From Botryllus schlosseri (Eukaryota), in assembly GCA_051294905.1 (NCBI GenBank), contig CM119371.1, positions 23,934,001 to 23,998,000 on the forward strand: 64,000 bases of DNA. The letters run 5' to 3'. The notes below the pieces were generated by a model. The model saw only the letters and a program-made list of their open reading frames with translations, was not told the origin of the DNA and searched no databases. A program made the position numbers and the translations under genes. Below, in pieces: positions 49,418 through 63,471 of the stretch (positions within the stretch are counted from its first letter, which is position 1; each line of letters opens with the position of its first letter).

Positions 49418-52131
49418 ATGAGGACGGAAAATTTCAACAGACAAGAAAAGTTTATAATAATTGAATTAATAGAATAATATATTGAAACCATGGAAAACAA
49501 AAAGACAGATGGCAAAACAACAAAACAAAAGATGTTGCCTGGGATGTAATCAGTAGGGCCATTTTTATATGACCTTAAAAAATCAATTATATGACTTTAT
49601 TTTTGGGAAAATATGACTTTATATGACTTTATGCGAAAATCGTGTATTTTTTTATGTAACCAATGTCACTCATGAAACTGACGAGTAAAACATGAACAAC
49701 ATAACAGTAATACACATCTATTTTTAGTTTAAACCACTTTTGTAGTACAGTTTCGTGTAGTGTGGAATGTTGGAGTCTTTAAAGTTACGATTTGGACGTA
49801 AAAATGACTTTAGTAAGGAAAATGAGCGCTCCACAGACGCTGATGTTGGTTGACACTTCTGCAGTTTTGCATACAGCGCTGGTGAAATGTCTTGTCTTTG
49901 TAGCTCCATAATTTGTTTCACATCGTTTTTGTCCAGTCGGTTCTTAAAGTAATTTTTGAGCTCAAGCGGATCTTTTCCGAAATCGAGGGCATTTAGATCA
50001 GCATGAGTGTCTTTAATAGTGTACGTACAACTTTTTATTTTCAGTATCAAGTTTGAAATATTGTTATAGTGGAGGCATATTTCTGTTAACTGACTCGTCG
50101 ACTTTGGATCGTTCACTGAATCTTTGACGCTCTTTACAATAACTCCTTCAGCTTCCCATGCGTTGACTATTTCTTTCACTTGTGTAAGTCTCTGAACTTC
50201 AAATGACGTCCCACTTCAGTGCACAGAAGTAAAACAGATTGTGTAGCAACACAATGGAATGTGTGACCTCATAATGCAATGTGTGACCTCATAGGTCTGC
50301 GACTGTAATGTTATGTAGGCTAACCTTACAGTTTGCCTTCGTTCAATCAGAAATTGCCTTACTTTCTTAGTGCGTAATTGCTTCAATTGGCACTTTTTAT
50401 TTAAAGTATACAACAATATGACTTTATAACTCAAATATGACCTAACCAGGAAAATATGACTTTATAACTTTCTTAATATACCCCATATGGATGCGATTTT
50501 TGCGGTAAAATTGATTTCACGACTTACTAATGCATAGAAAAAAATATGACTTTAATGACTTTAAATGGCCCTAGTAATCAGTAAGAAAAATTGGCCAAAT
50601 CCAGAATGTATGGAAAAGTTTGGAAACAAAAAGCAAAAAAGATATACGCATCACGACGCGTCGAACGAGCAAAAGCTGGCGGCGGCCCACCGCTACCTTC
50701 AGTTGATGACCTTTATGGAAAAAAGTTTCGGTAGGTAACATTACAAGCAATTCTTTAAAATTTGCAGTTGGTGATGTATTGTTTCCATCTGTGTTTATCG
50801 TGACTCTCGGCGTGCTTCATATTCGCATTTCAACGCTCGTTTCGAACTGAATAGACAAATTTTGATGACTATGGACAACATGAATTCATTGTCTTTTTGT
50901 AATTCCCAACGAACTAATCATATCCAGAGTCTGCTGCACATTAGCTATACGAAAATGACACATGGGGAACACTGCTCGGCATATTCGACTGTGAACCGCT
51001 CCTTGATTAATCTGCAATTGTTTTTCATAACACTGGTATATTTATTATCACTTTTCAGACCATATTCCATCTCAAATTGAATGTCTGAAACATCCGTATG
51101 ACGACGATACCGTATTGGATCTACAAAAACAACGGTGAGTACATTTAGGACATCAACTTTTTTAATATGTTGCAACCAACGGCAGAGGAACTTGCATCCT
51201 ATTTTAATTTGAAACAGTATGGCTTTGCTATGCTACTGTGCAGGCACCTGAGCCATATCATTTACCATATTATTGTTAGGCTTGCAACTTGAATTGGAAA
51301 TTTGAATTTGAGTCAGGATTTCTCATATATCACATTGAAGAAGTGACTGGAGTCAAATCAATTCATCCCATTCGAAACAGGTAATTTTGACCCGAGTCAA
51401 GTCATGATTTTAGTCATTCATCCTTCCTCGCGAGGTTAAGAAGAAAAAATAATTTGAAAGTAACTTTTCTAATGTATGTCTAACTAAAATTTTTATTCAG
51501 ATGCATATTCCAAAGACTCAGTTTGCACCTTCATCATCGACGAGGATGTGAGCGCAGAGGCTGGTTCTTCATGTCACAACAGCGATGGTAAGTTGAGGTA
51601 CTAATTTGAAATCCATATGAATCGTGTTGGTACTAACATAGCCACACGAATACTTCAAATAGAACATTGCGGGTTGTTTTGATTGACATTAACATTGCTC
51701 TATTGAATTTGAACTCTATTGAATCAATACAACTATTGTTAACCATAGTTTTATTGCAGCAAATGAAATTGCTGCCCTTTTCGTTGTTGATGGCGATGTG
51801 ACGCTTCCTTCAGTTCCCTCGACAGACCGGTAAGTGTTAGCATACAATGATGGTGATGCAACCCACAGTTTATTCATTACTACATTCAGATATGCAAGAT
51901 GAAACAGAGAACACAAAAAGCTCAACGCCAATTGTCTCGAAAATGAGAGCCAGGTGTGTTGATGAAAAAAATCATATTTTAACTATAATGTTGGTGATCA
52001 AAATGTGGTGTTCAGAAATGAGCGTCCTGGAAATGGCAAAGGAGCAGCATGATATCAGAATGAAATATTTTGAATTACAGATGCATGTCAAGTACCAGAA
52101 ACTGAAAATGGAAAAAGAACTGCAAAATTGA
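49418..52131 (+). pseudogene. Harbinger Myb/SANT-like DNA-binding protein remnant (split by a hAT insertion)
   Basis: MRTENFNRQEKFIIIELIE*YIETMENKKTD...AWDVI | ...IQNVWKSL...RRVERAKAGGGP, plus a C-terminal coiled-coil exon (EQHDIRMK). Confidence 0.75.
49554..50573 (-). mobile_element. hAT deletion derivative with a transposase C-terminal (dimerisation) fragment at 49724-50179
   Basis: TAGGGCCATTT ... AAATGGCCCTA, TSD GTAATCAG, ATATGACTTT subterminal repeats, PTSASVERSFS motif. Confidence 0.9.
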
Positions 52132-53374
52132 GAAAATACAGCAACGAATCGAAATAGCACAAAAACCAGACTTGGACAACTAGTAAATTGGCTGTATAAT
52201 TAGAATAGTAAGTGCGAAATGCCAGTAATATAATTCTAACTTAATTTCTGGTTTTGCTGAAAATTCTACAGTAGAACTCTACAATACTAAGCGAGTTGTG
52301 CAGATTCAATTTCCAAATTTTCACATATGCAGTAATCCCTATTCTAATTCAATTGAAAAATAACTACTGTCTATAATTCTATTCTAATTTGGGAAAATAT
52401 GCAGCCATAATTATCATTATAGTCTAATTTTGAAAAGCTGAATTTCTAGTTGTCCAATTCTGACTACAGCATAGGCTACTGGATCTCGTAATAAAAATAA
52501 TTGACGAGCAATGGAATGTGTGGTTATTGGTCTTCAAACACGAGCTAAATACTCAAGACATTCCAGAGAAGTGATTTTGAACAATCTGTCTGCGCTGAAG
52601 TCGTGCTCGGTTGTGCCGTCACGTTATCGGTGTCGCTAACCTCCAGGGTATATTCCAATGGATTTGCTCTGCCTTTGACCAATCTTCTTGGCACTCTCTC
52701 TTCCGCTAGGCTCTTTAACATATTGAGGGTAGCAAGAACATTGAGGTATGGATGCATTGTTATTCTCAGTCGATATTGCACTATATTAATGTAGCTCTCT
52801 ATAAAACAGGTTGTATTGAATTTTATGGTTGACCAAATTCTTGATAAACTGAAGTGAGGTTTGGCTGTCAACAAACAAGATTACTCAACTAGGTAACAGC
52901 AGATAAGTTTGCATTGCAAAATTGTAACATAAATGCATTGCTGTTTGTACAGCACTTGAGCACATTGCACAACAGTTAGATCCTTGCAATGGCTGAAATT
53001 TACTTCTACACTCCTGCAGAGCCAATTGTCATTGGTATGGAGAAATCAAAATCGTATGCAAATGTGTGTGTATGAACTCAATTTGTATATCTTCACATTG
53101 GTGAAGCGGCTAATGCACCAATAAACGGAAAATAAAATTCTCTGAAAAGTATCTATCTAGTTCTAGATATCCCAGAGTAATGAGATAAATGTCTTGCAAT
53201 ATACGAAATTTGTAGTAGAGTTTCTGGCATAGCAATACCGGTATAAGACGATGATTTTGGTACGCTATTCCTATAATACCTCTTTTCATGACCTCAAAAC
53301 GTTTGTTCTGACGCGTTCTGGCGTTCATAACCTTACACTGTGAAGTAGCAACAGTCTAGTTAGCTGCTATACGC

Positions 53375-54497
53375 TAGGGTTACCATATTTTTGTGAAGCA
53401 AATTCCGGACACTCTATAGCGCCCACTAGCCCATTTACAAATGAGGTATTACACATTGTCGGTCAATATGACGTCACACTAGCAAAGCATTGCCCATCGA
53501 CAGTATACAAGAATAGAGTGAAACATAGGTCATGAATTATGTCATCTGTAATGTGAGCTCTTGTGATTGCTACTTGCAATGGTCTGGAATGGATTTCCTC
53601 ACGGGCCGGATGAAATCGTCTGGCGGACCGTGTCTGGCCAGTCGGGATTGAGTTTGACAGCCCTGCTATACTGTTAGGTCGGTGCGGCTATCTAGTTGTG
53701 TTCTTTAACCAGGTCCGAAACAACATTTTCCAGCCCCCTTCTACCCTCCAAAAAAGCACCGATCTTGGGCCTACCATTGGGTAATCGCTGTAACGTCTTG
53801 GACACGTATACTATATCATTTGGTTGTTCAATTTTATGAATGAATTCTGTCAATAATGTTGAATCTTCCATATATTAGGCTACTATAAAATTCACCAGCA
53901 GGTTGCCTATCTGATGATTTCCAACCTTTTATGGTCGCGACCTCATTTCCAACTTGAAATGTTCCGTGGCCCAGCGAAAACTTGATTAGCTGATTACTAA
54001 AAAAAATCAGCTTGCCCAAACTTACTCACTTCCTATTTTGGAAGCTGATTACGTCCAACATCTTCACGATCCCCAGATGGAGGCAACCGACCCCAAGATT
54101 TGGAACCACTGTCTGTGACTGAAGCATCCAATCGGCCTTTACAAACTCTAGGAATATGCCGTGAGCTTATAATTGCGATTACAATTAGAATTATTTCAGT
54201 AAATGATGGTGATTTATATTTATGTTTGATTGCATTTTTTGCGAGGGCCGTGCCTGGTTCCCATACTCATATCAATATGCGTTGCATTAACCCGCGCGTA
54301 GCGCGAAGAAAAATTTCTAATAGCATAAATCTGCTTGAAAAGAATATTGTGTAAGCTGATTTACGAAAACTTTTCAGCTTTCTTCAAGCCTTCAAAATTC
54401 CGGACATTTAGGCATTTTTTACAATTTCCTCCCGGACGCAATTTTTCCAGTGAAATTCCGGACATGTCCGGGAAATTCCGGACGTATGGCAACCCTA
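53375..54497. mobile_element. hAT (Tip100-like) MITE
   Basis: TAGGGTTACCATA ... TATGGCAACCCTA, perfect TSD CTATACGC. Confidence 0.92.
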
Positions 54498-55053
54498 CTA
54501 TACGCACATGACATCGACTAAACATACATATCTATGAAGAGCGCATCTCTCCCTTATGACGACACAGTTCATATCGCCACCGACCGAAAACAGCTGATTG
54601 CTACCTTACGTCATTTGCGTCGATTTGCGTCAGTAATCCGCGATAAGATAACTCACAGGCGAATCCGTATCTGTACCACAGAGTCACCAGGTGACCTTGC
54701 TCGCTGATTAAATTATCGCCGATTAAGGCAATCGGTGATTACTTTTTAATCGACATCTGTGCAATCCACCCTAAGCAAAGTTCGATTCAGTTTTATCAGT
54801 AAGTTATGCGAATTCTGATTGCTAGCTGGTCTTTCCAAATGCACAGTGACCAGACGAGGGCCAAGACAATGATCAAAACCAGACAAAACCAATCACGCCA
54901 ATTGTCTCGTTTCATAGACCTTTTAAATAGTATCACCGGATCTTCTTCAATAGACCCCGGGATCGAAACAGTGTTTCACATGGCACCAGAAAGTGTTTCC
55001 CATGAACATAACACAATTTTATAAACGTCAAAATAAATTGTGTTTTTTGCCTT

Positions 55054-55754
55054 TGGAGAGACGGAAAATAGGGTCGGATGTGGGATAGGATCAAAGTTGG
55101 GGTTAGGGTTTCCCAAGATTACGGTTGGGGGAAGGGGATATTAGAGTTGGAGGAGAGGGAAATATTAGGGTTAGGGGAGAGGGGGATATTAGGGTTGGGG
55201 GAGGGGGATATTAGGGTTGGACGTGGGTTAGGGAATCCCTAGATTACGGTTGGGGGATATTATGGTCGACAGAGGGTGGGATATTTGGGTTGGATATCGT
55301 GTCCCTCACCCCAAACCCTTAGGATACCCTAACCCACCTCCAACTCTAATATTGCCCTCCCCTAACCCTAATATCCCCCTCTTCCCCCAACCCTAATATC
55401 CCCTCTTCCCCAACCCTAATATCCCCTTCTTCTCCAACCCCAATATCCCAATTCCCCAACCCTAACTTTGGGATATCCTACCGTCGAATTTGACCCTAAC
55501 CATCACTCACATCCAACCCTAATACCCCTCTTCCAACCCTAATATCTCCCTCTCCACAACCCTAATCTTGGAATACCCTAACCCCAACCCACATCCAACG
55601 TCCCTCCTTCCTCTACCCTAATACCGTCCTCTCATCCAAGCCTAAGATCCCTCTCCCCCAACCGTAATCTTGCGATACTCTAACTCCTACTTTGACCCTA
55701 GACCACATCAAACCCTAATATCTCCATCCCCCAACCCTAATATCCGTCTCTTCA
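55054..55754. repeat. Foldback element made of inverted arrays of telomere-like units (GATATTAGGGTTGG / CCAACCCTAATATC)
   Basis: G-rich arm to about 55295, C-rich arm after it. Ends TGGAGAGACGGA / TCCGTCTCTTCA are inverted. Confidence 0.75.
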
Positions 55755-57044
55755 GATGCTTTAACAAACAATTTATTTTGACGTTAATGAAATGTTATCG
55801 TGTTCATGAGAAATACTTGCCGGTGTCATCGGGAGCACTGTTTCGATCTCGGGCGTATATCAAAGAAGCGCCATTCACCGCCACAATCCACCACAATACC
55901 AGTATTGCGAGCAGCCATAATGTCAAAGAAGATTTATGCCCGCAACTGTTACATTATTATCATTTGAAATAAAAATCGTCATTCTTTATTGGGTCGGAAT
56001 AAAGTTTGAAATCATCAATCGGCATTAAGTTCTTCTGCTAAATTGCACTTTGTCATCAAATGAGGAAACTTGTTATGTTACAGATGAACTAAAATTGGGG
56101 TGAATATTACTGACACTACATATCATACACCTTCAAATAGCGTTTACTGCCTGAAAACTAGCTGCAAATGTCTACATTTGTTCACGACATTGCAACCCAA
56201 CGTGGCTCCTTCCAAGTAAGATCCATGACAAGCCATTGTCACCCGTGCAACTAGCAAATGCTTCCCATGAACACGATAGACATGTTTTGAAGAGGAAAAC
56301 GGAGATAAATATGACATTAATAAGACAACATTTAAGTACAATTTTTAAAACAAATATATTACCTAGCAATTTCTCATTTCTGCACAACGGCTTTCAACTG
56401 GTAACGTCACAAAAGCTGCAAAATGGCTACACGGTCAAAACTACATCAACGTAAACACTCTGGTGTATCAGCTAGTGAGCGGAAATGGCCTCAGGATCTT
56501 TGGGGGCTTTGAGGGAAAAAACATCACGTTCAAGATAACCGAAATTGCTCATAAAAGTGCTTTTATGTACTAAACCATCTTTTGGGTCACAATGGCCGAA
56601 GTTTCCTGACAATTTTTCAAATCTTAAAACGCTAGTGTGCATGTTAGTGATTAGTTTAGAATAACAGAATACAATACATGAAAATTTTTATTCAAATAAC
56701 AACTTCGCAAAATTTCGTTAATGCCGAAATGGTTTCAATTTCTATAAGCGATCATGATATCAACGCATCTAACGGGCGTTGCATTACAAGTGAGTAGTCA
56801 TGATTACCACAACACAATATAAACAACGTCACCCTCGGCCCGAAATTGATTCCTGTTGTTCATTCTTCATTCATAGTATTAACTGTCATGTATAATTGCT
56901 ATTGTTATCCAAGATCTGCTGTGGATGTTGGATTAATGTTGTTTTATCTTTATTACAGTCAATCATTCCTAAATTCACGTAATTCTTGGCATAGAAGGAA
57001 ATACAAATCGAAATCCCTTGACACGACGTTTTGTTTCATTATAG

Positions 57045-57152
57045 GACATGCAATATTGGCTGAAGGTGATAACGTCATTCAAGATTTCCGAAATGCCAGA
57101 GTGAATGTTGTTGCAGGAGATAAGTACACTCAGTACACGAAGGTGATTAATG
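57045..57152 (+). CDS. Candidate NLR N-terminal exon (108 nt, phase 1-1)
   Basis: ttcattatAG|GAC...ATG|GTAAG. Encodes HAILAEGDNVIQDFRNARVNVVAGDKYTQYTKVIN. Confidence 0.45.
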
Positions 57153-59793
57153 GTAAGCAAATGTGGTCAGTAACAACGTAGTTCTACTTTTGCCGAGAAC
57201 TCGAGTAGGTTTTTTCCTCATTGCATTAAGCACACTTAGTAAGGATATTATGATTGTCATGTTACACTACTTACTCTTACAGTATCGGTTTACTTTTCAT
57301 GCTGTTAAAGACATGTTGGCGTCACTTGCACTAGTAAAATTGTCTTAACAAGTGGCGGACGAAGTAGCCCCTTCATCACGTTGACTGAATGCAGTTTCGA
57401 AAGTTGCACCAATTTGTAGGGCCTTTCCAGAATAATACGTTTGTCTCGAAGATGAAGTCAATATTTCAAAATTGTCCACCTCCGAATAAATACAAAATAA
57501 ACGTGATCTCAAGTCTAAGTTACTTTTTCAAGCTAGTTAATTGCGTAGCCTACTCTTCAGTTCAATTATGTTACCCGTCCACTGGAAGCATTTTATTCAT
57601 AATTCAACGGAACGCTGCGGTGCATCTACTTCTACTTAGTAGTAGTGTTGCTGCTGTGATAATCACTGATAAAGGGCTGGACTTCGGTATAATTGTTAGG
57701 ATATTTACTCAAGGAACCTGTGAAGTAGGACCTGAACATTTTAGGCTACATTTCGACTTCTCAAATGAGGGTACGCGAGATCATTTCCGGGAGACCGCGA
57801 GCAATTACATTTTTCCAGCACTGCAACGATCTTCCACAACATTGTTTTAATTCTCTTGTAACAAGCGTGAAGACACATCAAGCTTACCAAATGCAGCGAT
57901 TATTTAGGCATAAACCCGCATTATTTGACTTTGCCGTGTAACATTACTTTCCTTATCTATATTTACGGTAGGGAAACCTGTTTCTCTACTGTCTCGATGA
58001 TGGGAGTTACTCTACATTCCTCACTGCAGATCTTGAATAAGTTCTAATAGAAATATGGTAATCTTATATTTATGAAGGCTACATGATATTGTAATCTTCA
58101 GCGTTTTTTTATCGGTCTTTTATATATGAGACTCGACTAATATGGTGAAGTCGTGTCAATCAGTGTGTGGTAAGTGGTGTTGCCTCCGCTACCACTTCCT
58201 GTTGTGACGTGTAAGCAAGGTTTTCAATCATGTGCATGACATGTGCAAGCTAATTCATCAATGTGAATGGTATAGGCTATTTGAAAGCGTAAATACGCAT
58301 TTTTTCGTGTTTTTCTTTACACTTGCGTACACTTTATGCCATATTAAGTAATTCATATACATGCACAATCGCGCATAAACCGAGTTGATTGCAATATCCA
58401 AAGAATTTTCATTTCTCGCTTATCTACAATTACCGACACAATAGCAGGCATATATACAGAGGTACAAATGATAAATTAATTGTAAAATTGCTCATACGGT
58501 AGCAACGATACGAAATTAAATTATACACTGCACGGAAGACATTAAAAGAAATCCTGACTGTGTGCTAATGTCGGAATTATATTTAATTTAATAATCCTTC
58601 GCTCCAATAAAGAACATGAAGACATATTTTCATTAGGAAATCACATTGAACAGTATCATTGTAATTAATGACACAAACCGGATGAGAGGCTTGCCGTGAG
58701 TTTCATTGTTTGCGAGACACTGAGCCATAGGGAATCAGATTTACATTCGGCTATACAGATTCAGGTTCGTTAATGTATGAAATCGAACTGGTTAGATCAG
58801 TGGTTCCCAAAGTTTGCGCCAGGGGGCGCGGACCATGAAATTGGCGATTAGGGGACGATGACTATCAGATTGGACGGTGGGGGAGCGCTAAGAGCATATG
58901 GGGACGGCGTAGGTTTAGAATACAACGTAGTGTTGAAACGATTGATGAATAAAACAGCTTTATACGCACTAAAAATACAGGATCGATTCAGTCAGGGCCA
59001 TTTAGGGTCTTGCGTCTATTTAGTAAGCTATACCGGGTAAGTCCATTGTTACTAGACAATAACGATCCTGCCCATCAATGGACTTATTTAGCAGTCGGCT
59101 GAATCCTTAGGAAGAATGGTTCATTTTGTGCGGCGAGAACTACGAAGTACTTGAGAAGTTACTGCTCACTGCGAGGTGCGATGGCTTTTTAAGATAAACT
59201 ATCTTATGTGATTTTAAGCCGTGGCCATCGACACGGCGTACTTGATTGCGAGAAACGATATTGCATCTACTTGACGGGCATATAATAGAAAATTTATTAG
59301 TAGAATATATCCGTGATGAAATCCGAGCAAAGTGGAAATCGCATAGTTATCATTCAGTTATGAGCTAGTGATAGGAGTGGGAAACGATATTTCGACACAT
59401 AGTAGCCCAATGATGACGGGTCGATTACACACTCATCCGCAATGTCATGATTTTTTCGAATTAATTGGTTGTATGTGCTTATTTATCAGTTGCGAAGCAG
59501 TGTCCCATATAGTTATTTCCCCTCATCCGCGCGAGTGGTGTCTTACTAAAAGCCAAGAATTGGATCGTGTTATAAGTCAGCAGTTACGGAATAAAAGTGA
59601 AGAATATCGGCCTGCTGTAAATGACCATAGTAGCAGACTGACCAAATAAATACCTCAAAACAAACAAACTATAGTTCTTCGCAAAATTCCCAAATGATTC
59701 GCGGCACCCCTGACAATATTTGGTGGCACGTCAATGATACTGTCTACATGACCAGTATCAGCCTACATATAAAGACAAGCACATTTATTACAG

Positions 59794-59868
59794 AGCTCAC
59801 TGTGGTTAATCTATCGGGCAGTACTGAAATTAAAAGGAGAGTGGATTCGCAGATAAGTTTAGGAGCTG
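59794..59868 (+). CDS. Candidate NLR linker exon (75 nt, phase 1-1)
   Basis: ttattacAG|AGC...CTG|GTGAGT; phase compatible with the NACHT exon. Confidence 0.45.
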
Positions 59869-60674
59869 GTGAGTTTTTATAAAACATCTGAATGGTTTGT
59901 TTGACCTACATGATAGTGATGAAATATACTCTTACTGCAAGCTTATTCTAACTTATTTCACTACTTTCTAGACCGGTTATATTTTAAGTTACTTCTACTT
60001 GATAGATTTAGGAATGCCTAGTTATTTACATATTTGTGAATCTCAACTTTTACTTCTTCTTGAGTAGTAACTGCAAGCTACGAACAACCATGACTATTTT
60101 GACTACCTCTGGCCCATGCATAAATTTTATCCTTCGGTGACTTCCCACTTACTTCTAGCCATGGGAGGTGGATAGCTATTGGCTGCGGGCTAATCAAGTA
60201 AAAGGGTAGATCCAAGTAGCTTTGAATCCCGATATGCCTTTGCTATACCGATTTTACCTGCCAATCTCAATCCGTAGTCGACAGTCCCTGTCATCAAGTA
60301 AAACGTTAAAAAGTAACTGGACGCGATGTACCCAAACCAATTAGTCAACTCGGAATCCAGTCACCTCCTTGAATTCCCTCACTCACGAAATTCGAGTATA
60401 TAGTATTTCGACTATAGGATCAAGAAATGGCAATACCGTATCGACGAAATAACTATTAGAGTGCATGTTGTTTTTCTTCTGAGTCGATTTCGGAATTAAT
60501 CATATTGACGCATGCATTGCGAAAGTGCGGGTACTATACCTGAACGACCAACTACCAAACCCAATACTTTTCTGTCAATGACTATACTAATAAGATCATA
60601 GCTGTGTTGTGGATATAGCACATAAATGAATATATCGAATCTGCACGATCATCTTATTTCCGACTATTTTTTAG

Positions 60675-61813
60675 AAATGTCATTTCTAGCAAAGACTAGG
60701 CTACATCTGCGAAACGAAGTTGGGGAAATCAAAATGCCTGCTCGTCCCACAACAATGGTGATAGATATGCAAAACTCTACTGACGGCAATCCGAAAAATG
60801 GAAGTCACGGTACTAGCAAAACTGTGTTTGGTCGCGACGTTGAAGAAATATCTCATGTCCAATTTCACGATCCCTTGAAGGACGAAGCTCCCAGACATGT
60901 TATGATTCTCGGAGAAGCGGGGGCTGGAAAATCGACCATTTCAGCAATGTATTGTTTGGCTGTAGCCGATGGAAATGTTGAGACGCTTCGTAGTGTACAA
61001 CTTGTTCATTACGTCCAGGCAGCCCACCTTTACAACAATAGTACCGCAAATGCCTTTGATCTCTTATTCACCGAACAAATGACTTGCGATCCTATGACTG
61101 AGCTAACGGAAAACGAGAGACGTGCTGGAGCAAAGTGGTTAAATCAGAATTCTGACAAGCTATTATTGACAATTGACGGCCTTGATCAGTGCTTAGATAA
61201 CTTTGCTGTGAATAGTCTACCGAAAACCGGTCAACAAAATAATTCTAGACTCAGTAAAACAATTGCTAGAATCATGGGTGGTAACATATGGCGTGGTGCA
61301 TACATATTGACTACGTCGCGGTGGAATATTTACTGGAACTTTACTAACGATCAGAAACCCAATAAAGTGATCGGCATGAGAGGACTTGACGACGAAAATC
61401 TGAGATTGGCGGCATCAGGACACTCTGTTGATGGTGATCTGATGATTGATCAACTCGTAGATACTTCGCCGAAATTATTGAATTTGTGTCGAATTCCCAT
61501 GTTTCTTAAGTACGCAACGAATGTTTTTAAAACGAATTCGGAAAACTTGCCTGATTGCATTTCTGGCCTCATGTCGGCCTTTTTTCGTAATTTCTTCCGC
61601 TTGTCCTCTGAAAAGTATGGTGAAATCACAAGACTGGCCTACCATGGAATGTTGGAAAATTTATTCGTTTTCTCCCGCTGTTACTTGGAAAACTTGGGAA
61701 TCAATCCAAAAGACCTGAATGACTTCTTGTCTGCTGGAGCAAATCCGGAAAAAGATCAAGATATCGCCAATTCATTTGACGATATTTTTGCGTTCTCCCA
61801 TCAGACGATGCAG
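60675..61813 (+). CDS. NACHT-domain exon of an NLR-family protein
   Basis: Walker A GEAGAGKST, Walker B LLLTIDGLDQ, sensor ILTTSR, LCRIPMF and winged-helix FSHQTMQ. Acceptor tttttAG at 60674 and donor CAG|GT at 61814. Confidence 0.9.
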
Positions 61814-62671
61814 GTCAGCGACGTTTATGTAACCAAAATGTGCCAATTCGATAATTGCAAAGCTCCGTTCCAAACACTATGCACTTGGTATCAAATAACC
61901 CAGGGTAGGCATTTCTGGAGCATCGTTGTGTTGTCATCATGGGGATTGACCCAGCAAGAAGTAAGGCTGACCATGAAATTGTTATTTGTCTTTGGTTAAA
62001 TTAATATTAATCACCCCTCTGTGCACACGTTGATGTGTCTTCTGAAAGCAGTAGAAACCAACATCACTGTACATTAGGGCTCTTCAAAAATGACTTTTTT
62101 TCTCAAATCGTATTGGCTACTTGATAAAATTGTTAGGTTACCTAATTTAAGCCTACACACAAAATTTGATTCAATTCCAGCCAGTAAACCGCTTTGCTAC
62201 AGGAGAAGAAAGTTTCTATTATTATATAAAAATAAATAATAAAAAATTTGAAATTTTTCTGTTCACCCCATGAAAGTGTTAGGCTGTCTATAGAAACTAT
62301 GCTCACCAAATTTAGTTCAATTCCAACCAGTGGAAGCGGAGTTATTGCGGTCGAAAAATTTGGATTCGAATAAAATAGTATAACGATGACCGATTCTTTG
62401 TTTATTTATTATCGTTCTGCTCACCGTAAATACTATTTTATTCGAATCCCAATTTTTCGACGGCAATCACGTTTTAATGTGATGGGGAGTTGGTGCAATT
62501 TATTGCGATAGTCGCGATTTTCAAGTCCAGGATTGAATTTTATCTACATTAATGGTATTTGTACAAATCATCGTCTCTAAGCTCACATCATCAGATTTAT
62601 CGTTAGAGCTGCTGGAGGTTTGTTTGTTTTGTTTGTATTCACGCATATACCGTAGCGCTTATCGCCTACAC

Positions 62672-63471
62672 CAGAGGTGTCAAACACGCGGCCCTCAAGT
62701 CCATTTTGTGCGGCCCGCGACGGTATTTTGGATTTCGAGGTATTCGACAATATTTAACTATCAAATATCCTTTGGTTTAAATTTGAAAACTGGAAATTCG
62801 CCCAAAACTACTCCAGAAGCCTGAAACTACTCATCAATCTTCACTATTACATCACTATAAAAAGTTACCACGCAGTGGAAGATCAAATATACTTGGGCGA
62901 TTGGAAATTTCCATTGCTATGGCACAGTAACCATTATATTCAAGTTGTTTTTGATATGTTCCAATATTCTAAGGTAAATGATTTAATTTGACTTAGACAA
63001 TGGACATGATCAATAGACTTGCTTTCAGGAGTATGCCTGAAACCCGGATTAAGCGGTACTGCTTCAATGCTCAGATATCAGGCAAATCTTTGCAAAATTC
63101 TAAAATATTCTACCTATAATTGTGTCACGTCAAATGTTCGCTAGCTACAAAATCATAACGCGACAGCTTTTACTATGTCCTGAAGCATTTGTAGCCTACT
63201 CTCGGATGGTGCCCATAACTAAATATACAGCAACTATGCCAAGTACAGCAACAATTTTATTCAAATATTTTAAAATGTAATTTTTTTTGGCGTGGATTCA
63301 CAATAATAAATGACATTTTCAAGATGCGTGTGGAATATCAATCTGCAAGGTCCCATCAAATAAGGCATACTCGGAAATACATTGAATTCCCCCATTATTG
63401 GTGATGCGGCCCGCGGCGCCATCAAAAAGTGGGGAATTGGCCCGCGGGCACATTTGAGTTTGAGACCTCTG
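62672..63471. mobile_element. hAT-type MITE
   Basis: CAGAGGTGTCAAAC ... GTTTGAGACCTCTG; TSD GCCTACAC/GCGTACAC. Confidence 0.8.

Larger units (their letters stand above)
48996..54771. mobile_element. PIF/Harbinger DNA transposon (non-autonomous)
   Basis: 26-bp TIR GGGTGGATTGCACAGATGTCGATTAA with TAA TSD. Convergent Myb-like (+) and transposase N-terminal (-, PRRLVKGRANPLE, 52545-52874) remnants. Confidence 0.92.

Noticed and set aside
61814..61999. C-terminal part of the 457-aa NACHT ORF
   Set aside because: Probably intron read-through after the CAG|GT donor at the FSHQTMQ motif.
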